A stretch of 64,000 bases of DNA from Prorocentrum cordatum. Taxonomy: Eukaryota. The stretch covers positions 1 to 64,000 of the forward strand of contig CAUYUJ010000044.1 of the NCBI GenBank assembly GCA_963575745.1, read 5' to 3'. A program made the position numbers and the translations under genes. The notes below the pieces were generated by a model that was not told the origin of the DNA, made no database searches, and worked only from the letters and a program-made list of their open reading frames with translations. Positions 13,533 through 26,130 of this stretch are shown here, one piece after another; the stretch's first letter is position 1, and every line of letters begins with the position of its first letter.

Positions 13533-14250
13533 ATCCCGCCACCTTGCCTAGGTTGTGGGTATGATGCCTATCAGATACTCATCGGGATTTCGTGGGAGGC
13601 CTCTTGGGGGCCTGTTGGAGGCAGTTGTGAAGCCTCTTGGGGGTCGTTTTGGGGCCTCTTGGAGTCTCTTTTTGCCTCTTGGGGGCCTCTTGGGCGCGTC
13701 TTGGGCGCCTCTCGGGGCCCTCTTGGGGCGGAAGGCTCTGATTTGTCTGTTCGTGTTCCCTCTCTTGGGCCCTTTTTGGGGCCGTCTTGGACGCTTTTTG
13801 GGCCGTCTTGGGGCGCTCTTAGGCCGTCTTGGAGCCCTCTTGGAGGCCCCTTGGGCCGTTGTGGGGTGGTCGAACGCCAAAGCCTTTCAAAACCCCTGAG
13901 AAACGTCGGAAGTCCATGATTTGTGCCTCTTGGGGCCCTCTTGGGAGGCCTCTTGGAGCTTCTTGGAGGCCTCTTGAGCCGTGTTGGGGCCATCTTGGGC
14001 GTCTTCGAGCGATCGTTCGACGTCTCGCGCCCTCTTGGACCGTCTTGGGGGCCTCCTGGGCCGTCATGGCAGCCTTGGAGAACCCTGGGGAGGCGCCATG
14101 GCCGCCCTTGGACCCCCCGGAGTAGGGGCGATGCAGTCAGGGAAGTGTTACTGGGGAGGTGGGGGGTCGCATAGAAGACTACAGAAACCATGCCAGGCAG
14201 CCCTTGGCATCTTTTCCGCGCCTCAACGTGCCACGGGCAGGTTGGCAGAT
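13533..14250. mobile_element. Non-autonomous element filled with GGGCCTCTT(G)-type repeats, ATCCGCC...GGCGGAT-like termini
   Basis: Starts atcccgccaccttgcc, ends ggcaggttggcagat. Related bodies at 15115-15620 (ends gggtcggcggat), 32515-33616 (ends ggcacggtggcggat) and 49760-50375. Confidence 0.6.
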
Positions 14251-16043
14251 TGACAGGTCAAGCGCGTTGGCTGAGCGTATTGGAACCTAGCCCTGGAAGC
14301 ACTGCTGCCTCCCAAGCGTCATGGCGCCAACATCGCAGAGCGGATTTCGTTCGGAAAACAATGTGATGGGCCACTGGATTCTCCTGGAGAAATCCGTTCT
14401 GGATTTCGCAGTGAATTCCGTGCGGATTTTCATGGCCAGGAATGAGGATCACAAAACATCCACGTGCACTTCACCTCGTTTTTCGCTCGCCGCGCGGGGA
14501 TCTTGCGCTGGCGGACATCCGCGCCCCGATCCGCTGCAGCACGTCTGCAGGGCCGGTGCGACGACAAACGACCTCCAGGCTGTCGTGCGCGCTCCCGGCG
14601 CACTGCTCGGGCGCCCCCTCCGCAGGCGGGCGGCGGGGCGCAGGGCGGCCGCGACGCCGCGCCCGCGGACGCCGCCGGGGGCCCGCAGCCGCCCGCGTCG
14701 GTGCCGGCCGTGGGGTTCTCGGCGGCGGCGCCGGCCGCGGGCGCCGGGAGGCTCCGAGGAGGGGAAGGTGTCCACGTCTTGTGGAAGTCGACCAGTGGAG
14801 AGGAGGCGTGCTGCCAAACAGTGTCCAGACGGCTGGACCATGTCCTGAGCACGTCTTGTGGCGTGTGGGGGCATGCTCCAGGCACTCTTTTCTCAGAGGG
14901 TCCAGCAGCGGCGAAGCGTCCCAGCTCGCCTGTAGGCTTACCGAAGAATGTTCTAAGAACCTTGTGTGGTCTGCAGGACATGTTCTTAGAACATTTCTGG
15001 CTGAGCCTGTCTTGTTTTAAAGAACGTTGTTTCAGGCTTTAGAATATTGCGAAGGCCTTGCGGCTGGTGCCGCCGACCCTGAATGGCGACGACGACGACG
15101 ACGACGTCGACGAGCGCTCTTGGGGGCCTCTTGGGGGTAGTTTGTGGGCCTTTTGGGAAGCTCTTAGGGGCCGCTTGGAAGCCTCGTGGGGGCCTCTTGG
15201 GGCTTCCTGGGGGTCTCTTGGAGGGGGCCTGGGACGTCTTGGAGGCTTCTTGGACGGTCTTGGGGCTATCTTGAGCGTTTTCGGCCGATCTTTGGGCGAC
15301 TCGGGGCCCTCTTGGGCCGTCTCGGGGGCCATCTTGGGCATTCGGACCTCATTTGGAGTGTTTTCGAGGTTTCTAGGCCGCCCGAGGAAAAACGAATCTG
15401 CCCCCCCACCCCCCCGGGACCCCCCCGGGACCCCCCCCCTGGGGAAGGGATCAAAGGGAAGGGGCTTCCCTTCGACTCGATTACGACACTGCTAGATTTT
15501 TCTCTCGCTCACGAGCTTGAGAAGGAAGCTGCAGGGAAAGGGGACGACGGAGGCGACGACCGACGGAGACGACGACTCGAACAGCCAAGCCCCTCGCACA
15601 CGCCGACAGGGTCGGCGGATTTTTAGTGTTCTAAGAGCATGTCGTGGTAGGCCTATAGAAATGCCGGGACGGTCGGTCCCTGCTCAAGAGGAGGGAAAGG
15701 TGCCCATATTGCTACCCTTCCCTCGTTCTCGCCTTTGTGGGCCTCCTGGGAGGCCTTCTCCACTCCCTCCTCTGATCCTTCCTCCTCTGACTCACTTTTC
15801 GCACTGTCCGAAGGGCCGCCCATCGCGCGCTCTTCTGCCCATGCGTCCCTCCAGATGCTCGGCTTGGTGGTGGTGGTGGTGGTGGGAGGCCCTCGTCGCC
15901 ACCTCTGGGCTCGCCTCGAGAGTCGGGTCAGAGTACTCCCCGGGAGAGGTCTGGGGAGCAGCGGCATCGGCACTCTCTCGGCATCGCTCGGACGCGTGCA
16001 TTCTTCCTTCGGCGAGGGCCATCAAGGAGCAGCATCCTTGATC

Positions 16044-16143
16044 TGACCACTCACCAAACCACCCCAACCCAACCCGAAGGCCTCAATTTGACCTCAATTT
16101 GACCTCCATTTCCAGTGGGTTGGGGTGGTCTGGTAGGTAGTCA
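16044..16143. mobile_element. Family D TIR element (TG...CA ends, 5-bp TSD TGATC), short copy
   Basis: tgatc|tgaccactcaccaaaccacccc...ggggtggtctggtaggtagtca|tgatc. The family C copy at 13150 lacks it. Confidence 0.85.
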
Positions 16144-16339
16144 TGATCATTTGGCGAAGAAAAACCACGCACGAAACCGGCAAAAGCACAGGGAATGGAC
16201 GTCCGAGCGATGCCCAGCTCTTAGGCTGCCCCAGAGGCGCGGCGGCGCCGCGGCGGCGGGCGGCGCCGCGGCGGCAGGCGGCCCCCCGGCGGCAGGCGCG
16301 CGCAGGGGCCAGCGGATCTCTGGGCTTCCCAGAGCGGGT

Positions 16340-16661
16340 TGGCCAGGGGCAGCGATGGGGTTCGGTCGGGCCTGTCCCTCGACAGGGGGACAGGGGGGAT
16401 ACTCAATGATAGTTACAACGTAGTCGGGGGACGATTTTTTGGAACATTTTTTTGCCATTTTGAGCAATACAATGTAGCGGCCTCCGGCCAGTGCCGCCGA
16501 TGTAGTGGCCTCCTGCCAGTGCCTGTCCCTCGACAGGTGGAATATTCAAAGATAGTTAAAACAATCGTCGGGGGACGATTTGTCCCAACCATCCTGTGGT
16601 GTTGGGTCCTCGTTTTGAAGAGACGTCGCCCCGCGTTCCTCCTTCCTCCTCCCTCCTCCCC

Positions 16662-16733
<72 letters not shown>

Positions 16734-16900
16734 ACGGTTTGGTCAGGGGCAGCGATAGGGTTAAGTCGGGCCTGTCCCTCTACAGGGGGAATACTCAAAG
16801 ATAGTTGAAAAATAATCGGGGGACGACTTTTTGATCATTTTGTTTGCCGTTTTGAGCAATACAATGTAGTGGCCTCCGGCCAGTGCCGCCGATCCGGGGC
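16340..16900. repeat. Tandem partial copies of the family B MITE left end
   Basis: gcctgtccct(c)..cagg...tcaa.gatagtt...cggggacga repeated at ~16365, ~16521 and ~16761. Confidence 0.7.
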
Positions 16901-16948
16901 GCTCCGGAGGATGATGATAATGATGATGATGACGAGGAGGAGGATGAC

Positions 16949-17069
<121 letters not shown>

Positions 17070-17134
17070 TGAGTGATGGTGATGGATGATGATGATGATG
17101 TTGATGATGATGATGATGATGATGATGATGCTGA

Positions 17135-17172
<38 letters not shown>

Positions 17173-17177
17173 ATGAC

Positions 17178-17213
<36 letters not shown>

Positions 17214-17252
17214 CGGCGACGACGATGGACGACGAATGATGATGATGTGATG

Positions 17253-17285
<33 letters not shown>

Positions 17286-17309
17286 CTGAAGCTGATGCTG
17301 ATGATGATC

Positions 17310-17363
<54 letters not shown>

Positions 17364-17371
17364 ATGATGAT

Positions 17372-17424
<53 letters not shown>

Positions 17425-17429
17425 CCCGG

Positions 17430-17615
17430 CCCCCCCCTCACCCTCTCTCCTCTCTCCTATCCCCCCCTCTCTCCTGTCCCCCCGCCCCCCCCCTCTCTAC
17501 AATTACTCAATATGAATACTACTCTCCCTCTTCCCTGATGACGGTTTGAAAGTGTCCGACCCCCCCCGCGTACTGTTTTTTAACACAGGTTTCCCCGGAG
17601 TTTGGTTTTCGCTTG

Positions 17616-17653
<38 letters not shown>

Positions 17654-19375
17654 CAAAATGCTGCTCTCGCTGAGGCGCCGGCCTCATTTTCGGGCCTCGC
17701 TCGTTCCGAATCATGCTCCCGCTGCAGCGCTGGCCTCATTTCCGTGCTTCCGCTCGTTCCGAATCGTGCTCCCGCTGCAGCGTTGGCCTCATTTCCGCGC
17801 TTCCGCTCGTTTGGACTCGTGCTCCCGCTGCAGCGCTGGCGTCATTTCCCGTGCCATGCCACGGCATGCAATGCAATGCTAGGTTGATACTACGCTTTGC
17901 GGTGCTCTTCTACGCCATGCCATGCCGTGCTCTGCAATGCAACGCGTACCCTTTCGGGATCATTGCCCTGCTCGACATCCGACTGTGCGAATAGAGAGGG
18001 GATCTGCGCCATGGTAAGGGATGGGAGGGAGGGGTAGGATGTCAAATATGACGCGGGCGCACCTAGCTTGCCTTTCCCCCTCCTCCCTCTCTCCTGTCCC
18101 CCCCTCTCTCCTGTCCCCCCCCCACTCTCCCCCCCCCATTCTCTCATCTGTCCCACCCCCTCAATCCTGTCCCCCCCCCTCTCCTGTCCCCACCCCCTAT
18201 TTCTTAACCCCCCCTACCCCCCCTCTCTCCTGTCCCCCCCCCCCTCATCTCCTGTCTCCTCCCCCCTCACCCCCCTTCTCCCTCCACTCCCCCTCTCCTG
18301 TCCCCCCCCCTCTCACCTGCCCCCCCCCTAACAACCCCCCTCTCTCCTGTCCCACACCACCCCCCTTCTCTTCTTTCCCCCTCCCCCCCCTGTCTCCTGT
18401 TCCCCCGCCTCCATCCCCCTCTACAATTACAACAATAATATGAAAATACTCTCCCACTTCCCCTGATGGCGTCCGGAAGATATTCGGCACCCCCCCGCGT
18501 ACTGTTTTTTTACACACAGGATTCCCCGGAGTTGGGTTTTCGCTTGCGTTTTTTTTCAAAATGCTGCTCTCGCTGAGGCGCCGGCCTCATTTCTGCTCCC
18601 GAATCGTTCCGAATCGTGCTCCCGCTGCAGCGTGGGCCTCATTTTCGGATCGGTGTTTGGCCTCCGTCGTTCAGGATGGCGTTCTCGCCCCAGCGCGGGC
18701 CTCTTTCTCGCGCGCCCATCCGCCCGCCACCACCGCGCCGCACCACCACCACCACCACCACCACCACCACCACCACCACCACACCACCAGCACCAGCACC
18801 AGCACCAGCACCAGCACCAGCACCAGCACCAGCACCAGCACCAGCACCAGCACCAGCACCAGCACCAGCACCAGCACCAGCACCAGCACCAGCACCAGCA
18901 CCAGCACCAGCACCAGCACCAGCACCAGCACCAGCACCAGCACCAGCACCAGCACCAGCACCAGCACCAGCACCAGCACCAGCACCACCAGCACCACCAC
19001 GCACACACGCCGCACGCACCGCACGCGCACCACCACCCCTAGTTACGCACGCGCGCGCGGAGCCACAGGTCCGCTACGACACGCGTCCGCGGATAGAGAA
19101 AATCAGCGCCATGGTAAGGGATGGGAGGGAGGGGTAGGACGTCAGATATGACGCGAGCGCACCTAAGCTTGCCCCTCCCCCCTCCTCTCCTGCCCCCCCC
19201 CCTCTCTCCTGTCCCCCCCCCCCTCTCCTGCCCCCCCCCGTCCCCCCCCTCTCTCCTGTCCCCCCCCCCCCTCCCCCTCCCCCCCCTCTCTCCTGTCCCC
19301 CCCTCCCCCCTCTCTCCTGTCCGCCCCCCCTCCCTCTCCCTTCCCCCCTCCTGTCCCCCCCCCTCTCTCCTGGGA
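17430..19375. repeat. Complex ~1-kb tandem duplication with C-rich tracts, ~45-bp subrepeats and a (CCAGCA)n expansion (18785-18985)
   Basis: ctctacaatta...cgcgtactgtttttt...caaaatgctgctctcgctgaggcgccgg at 17474 and 18419; cgccatggtaagggatgggagggagggg at 18007 and 19107. Confidence 0.85.
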
Positions 19376-19419
19376 ACTGGCAGGGCGGGGGGGTGCCAAG
19401 CACATAATTCGTCAGGTAA

Positions 19420-20500
19420 TTACGTCCCCCCACCCCCCCCTCCCGCCCTGGCGCCGTTGAGGGAATTTGGACACATGTTCGACAAGCGTACACCAACGAG
19501 GGGTTGCACAGCGGAATCAGCAATGTGCAAATTTCAGAAGGAGTCCACATCGGGAACCATGTCAAGTAAGAGCACAGCCAGGTCAACGGCGGCCAGGCAC
19601 AGGAGGCCGCCAACGATCGCGAGCTTGGCGCGCATTTCGAGTGCCCAGATCATTCCTGACGTTCTTGATGATCCAGAGGCCTCGAAGAACACATCACAAG
19701 AACGCCCTGCCGGCCTCCAGATGCCCCTTCAATGCCTAGCGCAGCTCTGCTAATGCTGTCGCCCGCGGCCTGGCCCTCTCCCGGCGGTTGGCCCTGGTGG
19801 CCACCACAGCCCCAGCGCACTGCGGGCCACCACGCGTCCACAGGCGAGGGAGGCAGTGCTGCGGCGTAGCAGTAAGGGCGTGCAAGCCGTCCTCGAAGCG
19901 AAAGAATGGCTGTGTCGGATGCCTCATCGAGTTCCACTGTGACGTCGATGCTTTTCTCGAGCAGTTCGCATCAGCGCTGAAAGCCTGACTGTGTATGACA
20001 TGTACCGAGCATCGGTTCATGGCGGATGGGATAACCGACATCGGAGGGCACGGTAGGTTCACTCTCGTGTCGATGCGCCGTCGACCCCAGCGCGGAGGTT
20101 CAAGGTTGAACGCCGCCAGTGCCCAAGATTCGGCCGATATCGAACCAGTTTGCGCTATTGGAGAGCTGCGATCGTTCAAGGTTGAACGACTCACACGGTT
20201 TCAAAACCCTTTGCTGCCCGTAAAGGTCTCTTCCCGTAGACACGCCAACGGCGATGTCGGTAACGGCGATGTAGGTTTCGGTAATGTAGGTGGGGGTGGT
20301 TCGTAGCCAACCCAAGTGCAGGAAAGCGCTGTTCGTGCTTTCCTGCAATTTGTTCCGCGCGAGTTCGGCGTCGCAAAAGCCAGGTTCCCAACATCGCCGT
20401 CAACCAACATCGCACACGGTGTGAAAAACCCACCGCGAACGTCGCCACGACACAAGCTCGCCCGTAAGGTTCTCTTCGCCTGATTGCTGCTGCAGGGAGT
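19420..20500 (-). pseudogene. Possible remnant of a LINE AP-endonuclease region
   Basis: Peptides MLVDGDVGN (GD.N-like) and FNLEPPRWGRRRIDT (PT..G.R.ID-like). A homologous fragment (VNLERPRCGRRRVDT) lies at ~36620-36700. Confidence 0.4.
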
Positions 20501-21480
20501 GCCCGACGACGGGATGAGGAGGAGGAGGAGGAGGAGGAGGAGGAGGAGGAGGAGGAGGAGGAGGAGGAGGAGGAGGAGGAGGAGGAGGAGGAGGCGCAGG
20601 CCCGGCGGGCCTCGCGCCGGCGCCCTCGCTGCTGGTGTCCCTGAGCGAGCTGAGTCGGCAGGGCGACTGGTTTGCTGCATGCCCGCGGCTCGGCCGCACA
20701 CTGTCGAGCAACGGTCAGCCACGCGCAGAGGGGGGAGGGGGAGGGGGGAAGGCTTCTTGTCTGCAGATGTAGGGCCGGCGCCTTCTGAGAAGCAGCATCC
20801 TTCTGAGAAGCCTCCCCCCCTCGCCCTAGCCCCCCTCTGCGCTCCGCCAAAACGGGTGGACCGCCGTGAAAGAGAGGGTTCTCGAGGGAATTTGGTTTTG
20901 TTTATCGCCTTCGCCCTCCACGGGCCCTGACGACCGCTAGAGAACGACTGGGCCTGACAACCTCGGCCTAGGACCTAGGATCATCTAGGATCTAGGCCTC
21001 CCCCATGGGGTCGGAGTAGGTGGGGTTGGACCCCGTCTAGGAGGCCTCTCGATAAGAGCCCATGGATCCAGGACCCGTTTCTCTCAGGAGCGTTTCCGCC
21101 GTGCCAAGTGGTGCATCGGTCTGGGGGCAGAGGACCACGAGCAAGTGGCTACAGGAACCCCGCAGGAGCCTGGAGTAATGAGCCTCACCTCCCCCCTACC
21201 CTCAGGGGATGATCGTGTACAGCCAGGGCTCCGGGTAAGGGGAGCCAGTTAGCGATAGGGCCCTGAAGATGAAAAACACGCTGGAACTACTAGCCCAGGT
21301 CTTCTGTAGCTTGTTGTTTTCTGGTGGCGGCAGTCCTGATTAGCGGAATGGGGCGGGGGACTCGTCCCTAAGCGCGCATCAATAAACCAGGTACCGTTAA
21401 ACCCAGTTTTGCCAATGGCGCAAGATGTGAGTTGGCCACCACGCCGATTCTGGCCAGGCCCATGCTGGGCCCACGATCGT

Positions 21481-21481
21481 T

Positions 21482-21540
<59 letters not shown>

Positions 21541-21584
21541 GCTGTTGCTGCTGCTGTTGTTGTTGTTGTTGCTGTGGTTGTTGT

Positions 21585-21616
<32 letters not shown>

Positions 21617-21677
21617 TTGCTGTTGCTGCTGTTGTTGTCGTTGTTGTTGCTGTTGTTGTTGTTGTTGCTGCTGCTGC

Positions 21678-21732
<55 letters not shown>

Positions 21733-21742
21733 GGTGTTGTCG

Positions 21743-21797
<55 letters not shown>

Positions 21798-21799
21798 GG

Positions 21800-21834
<35 letters not shown>

Positions 21835-21935
21835 GGTGTTGTTGGTGTTGTAGTTGTTGTAGTTGTTGTTGTTGTTGTTGTTGTTGTGGTTGTTGTTGTT
21901 GTTGTTGTTGTTGTTGTTGGTGTTGTTTGTTTTTG
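21481..21935. repeat. (GTT/GCT)n microsatellite
   Basis: Direct inspection. Confidence 0.95.
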
Positions 21936-22859
21936 TTGTCACACGCTTCCTTCACTGCTACCATGCAGATCTTAAGGATTCCCTTGGTTTCTGAGGGCGC
22001 ATCCCTACGATTGTCCTCGCTTATTGCTCGCCCACCTTAGGGATAGGGATCAGTTCGAGGCTGGTTACACCATCTTCGCCGACAACGTCGCTATCACACT
22101 TTATTGTATGGGGGATGCATGGCTAGCCTACCTTGTAAGGGTCAGCAGAGGAGGGCCGCCCGTGCAACAGGTCTTCTCTAGCTCTGGAGCCTTTTGTTTT
22201 GATTTCTCGGTCCGGGCGATAACCGCCGTGATCGGTCCTCTCCCAGCTTTCCCCCCCCCCAGATCACGTCACGCTGTTTTGCCTCGGGACTCGAGAGACG
22301 GGGGTCACTGCAAACGGGAGTCAGCCAGGGCGCCAGATCTTGCAGGATCTTGCAGGGCCAGGGTCGCATTGACCCGGGTTTGGGTGCAGGATCCTGCAAG
22401 GCCCGACTGACCCGGGTCTGGATTGTCCCAGGTCAGCAGATCCCCGATTGCCCACGTTTGCAAGACTCTCTACGGATGCTTCGACGATTTCCCAGGATTT
22501 CCGGCGGTCCCCCGCCGGGATGTGATTGGGGGGGGGGGGGCGAACTCCCCCCCTTCTTCCCCCGACAATGCCGGTTGTCGCGATTGATTTAAAAACAGAA
22601 TCCTGGAGGACTTGTACCCAACACCTTCGTTTCTGCATTGATCTCCCTGACCGCTCAGATTGTCTGGCGGCTGACACCGGCGCCGCCAGCGTCACCACCT
22701 CTTGCGTGCCCTATTTGCCCGACGTGTCCTGCTTGCCCAAGGGCGCCTCCGACGTCGACGACCCCGCCGACGCCAGGATGGGAAACCATGCTTGGAGCCG
22801 CTCGTCGCACCCGCTCGGGAAGCAGGGCGAGGACTAGGAGGCCCCGAAAAGGGCCCCCC

Positions 22860-23120
22860 CATAGAGGTCGGCCCACTCGGCAGAGGCGACATCTGCATCG
22901 GGAGGGGCAGCGACGAGATCCTGACGAGCAACCGGGGCAACCCCTTTCCCGTCAAGCGCTACGGCACGAAGGCCGTCGTGACGAATTTCGCGAACTGGCT
23001 CCTGACGGGGTCAGACCTGCTCGAGGCGCTCTCGGAGCTCGACAGCACCGCCCTCGGCAGCCACTGCGACCTGCATTCCGACTGCCTCGCGGTCGCCATC
23101 ATCGCGGCATGGCGGGAGGA
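22860..23120 (+). pseudogene. DUF4326-like domain, decayed, upstream of RT
   Basis: DICIGRG...SNRGNPF...FANWL...LLEALSELDSTALGSHCDLHSDCLAVAI follows the DUF4326 pattern YIGR..(W)GNPF...WL...L.EL....LGC.C....CH...L. Confidence 0.65.
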
Positions 23121-23519
23121 AAAGAAGCGCGCGACCGCGGGGTCCCTGCGCCGTTCGGAGGCGCAGGGCCGCCGTGCTGCCGCGAGTGCATCGCGGGCCC
23201 GGGAGGCTTCCGCGATGCCACGGGCATCCCATCGCCTAGCCGCTGGGACCCAGACCTGCGGAAGTTCCTGGACTGGACCGAGCTGGGGCCCAAGCCCCCC
23301 GAGGGGTCGCAGAAGCCAGGGGCGGCCGGGGCGCCGCAGAACACGCCCCGTTCGGGCTGGCTGCTCGGAGGTGCCCGGCTGGCGCCGATCCGACTGGGCC
23401 GTCCTACCTCGCGGGGGGGGGGTCCGAAGGCTTGCTGGCAGAGGGGCGGGCAGGCCGCGGCGACGAGTTGGGCTGCGTCGTCGGCGGCGCTTCCGCGCGA
23501 AGAAGGGGGCCCGACGCAG

Positions 23520-25040
23520 AGTTGACGAAGGGGCTGAGGTGGGGGTCGCGGCGGGATTCCTGCGCGAGATGCCCCCGAAGGAAAAAGCTCTTCGAGCTCG
23601 CCAAGTGGCGCCTCGACCATGAGGCGTCCAATTGGGCCGCCCCAGAAGCAGCCAACTACAGCAGCGGTGAAGACCGCGGCGATTGGCTCCGAGAGCACGT
23701 TGCGGACGAGGTGCATTCGGGCAGGGTGATCAAGATGTCCGCGGGGCAACTGCGCCATAGCGGCACTGGCGGCCCTGGAGAGCGCGAGCGGCAAGAACAT
23801 ATTCTCGCGAGATGACGCGCGCGAGGTCTGCCGTGGACCATCGGATTCGACGCAGGATGCGACGGGGGATGCCGAGGCCCGCGGAGAAGAACTACTTCCT
23901 GAACTCTTCCGGGACGAACACCAAGCCATCTTCTCGCTCGCCACCGACGTCGGGGGTGCGCGTCGGCGCGTCGAGATCCGCCAGGACGAGTGGAGCATGC
24001 CGACCTGCGAGTCCGAAGGTGAGATTCGCTGCAACACCGTCGGCACCTTCGGCGTATCCAGCGTCTCAGAATGGATTGCCAGGCTGTTCGGGGCCCTACC
24101 GTGCGCAATCTCCTGCCGCTGCCAATGGCCAGGGGGCCATCGAAACGGGGCGACGCGGGAGATTGGCAGCGCTCGTCCTACTCGGCGTCGGCTTCTCGGC
24201 GCAGAGGGCCAGGGCGCGGGGCGGCCTCGAGAAGGACTGGGCCGGCTTCGAATGTGATTGTACCACTTGCGTCGTGGGCCTCTCGCTGGCGAGGGCGGCT
24301 GGGGTTGCAGCCTGCTGTCGGGAAACGGTCGAACGCGGCGCCGCCCGCGAGGGCGATTTGGAGTCGGCGTAGGGCTCTTGGGTTTCTTGGCTATGGTCCA
24401 TGGTCCTTGTCTGGGAGAGGCCGCGTGCGTCTGGCGCGCCGGCGTCGTGAGGACAGAAGCGACGAAGCCCCCCCTAGCGTGGGTGGTCAGGCTTGCGCCG
24501 AATGGGATCGGCAAGCGATTGACGAGCGGGCAAAGTCTAGAAGCGCTCATTACATTCAAAACTGAGATCGCGGGGCACATCCGCTTGGGCGCGAAGGCGG
24601 AGGGAGGGCGCCGCTGGGTGGGTGGCTGGGAAGCGCCCCGAACGGCAGCGCGCGAGGAGCTCCTTGGCACGCGCTGGAGTTAGAGAAGGAATGGTTCCCT
24701 CGGGCGTTGGCCAAGGCAGACGGTCCAAACGGGGTCATCGCAGCGCTGGAGCTCCTCGGCACCGTCCTCTCCGCGAAGCTGTTCTCGACGCCCAGGCAGC
24801 TTCGCCAGCGGGCGAACCTCGAGATGATGGGGTCGACGGACAACCTGGGGAGCGCCTGCGCAGTGTCCGGGGCCGCGTCGACCAAGCGGCCGTGGACGGT
24901 CCTCCACGTCGAGCTTTCGGCGGGGTTGAGGTCGCGCGAGATGGCGCCGTGCATGGGCCGGCCACCGCGCGATGGGGAACCAGTAGGCAGACGACCTCAA
25001 CAACGTGAAGACAACCGACTTCGATCCGTACCTCAGGATC
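23520..25040 (+). pseudogene. Frameshifted reverse transcriptase-RNase H of a YR/DIRS-type retrotransposon (element 2)
   Basis: Ordered motifs across frames: ANYSS...EVHSG; FSLATDVGGA; NTVGTFGVSS..W..RL; GGLEKDWAGF; (D)AKAEG...GGWE; IAALELLGT; TDNLGS. Confidence 0.75.
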
Positions 25041-25599
25041 CACGTGGCGGCCGCGGACCTGATGCGGCGCGTGCTCGACGAGATGGTCCAGGCTTCCCGA
25101 GAACTCTGCGATTCGATCGTCGAGGAGAGGGCGGTCGCCTCGGAGGGGGCGCCCGCAGCTGGGCACGGCCGCGGGGGCTGCGGACGACGCGTGCGAATTG
25201 GGCCGCGGTGGCAGCCCCGCCCAGCGCTTCTCGGACGACGTCGCGCGGGTGGAGGTGGGCGTGGCTGCGTCGGCCGGCGGGGTCTCGTCCGACCCTTCGG
25301 GGTTTGGGCCTAATGGCGGGGGCCTATGGCGTGCCTGCGGGGCTGTCTTAAACTGCCGCCCTCCAGCGGGCGCCGCCGCGGAAGCGCTCCTCTGTGCGCC
25401 CTTGGACCCCCCCCCTTCCGCCGCGGCGGCGGGGGCGTCCAGTGCGGGAGGGGCGCGCCCGACAGAGGGCCCTTTGGAGGGCGGGCAGGGCTTCGAAGCC
25501 GCGCCCTAGCTGCCTCGCGCGCGGGCGCGGCGCGGCATGGACGGAGGTGGCGGTGCCAAAATGGAAGGGGCGAGTTGCGGCGTCCGCCAGGATCCCACC

Positions 25600-26130
25600 G
25601 CGTCGTTGGCGATCCGACCTCTCGCAGAGGGGTCATCCAGTTCCTGGGAGTGGTTGGGGGCCTGCGCCCAGGGCCCCCGGTTCTGCCGCCCGTGAGAGAA
25701 GCGACAACGTCATTCGGTTTGCTCTTTTCCCGCCGTCGCCTTTGTATTGGGGCTATTCAAGGATGCGCCCCCGTGTGCTAACGCTGCCCGCTGGTTCCCT
25801 GACCGACGTTTGTGGCTATTTTGGCTCAGGCGCTCGGCCACTCTTATGTGCCACAGTCTCAAGCACTCCGGGGCATCAAGTTCCTGGGAGTGGCTAGAAT
25901 GGGCCAACGTCAAAGTCGTCATTGTCGATGAATTCCGGGTCGGGAAGTTGTGGCGTAAGCGCACCGGTCCAATGCTATACCGTATAGATTTGTTTCGAGC
26001 GTGTTGCCAGTGTTTCGTGTGCAGGATTTGTTCGGCCACGGGGAAGCCCCGCGAAATCTTCGAAGGTCGCACCAAAGATGTGGTGCGCGCTGTATTCGCT
26101 GAGCCCGATTCCCCGATTTTTTCTGATTAG
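25600..26130 (+). pseudogene. Decayed C5-DNA-methyltransferase-like C-terminal region (element 2)
   Basis: SSSW...DEFRVGKLWRKRT...CSATGKPREIFEG aligns by eye with FCQDGAAWKKKPT...CSRTGQLHQIPRG of element 1. Confidence 0.5.
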
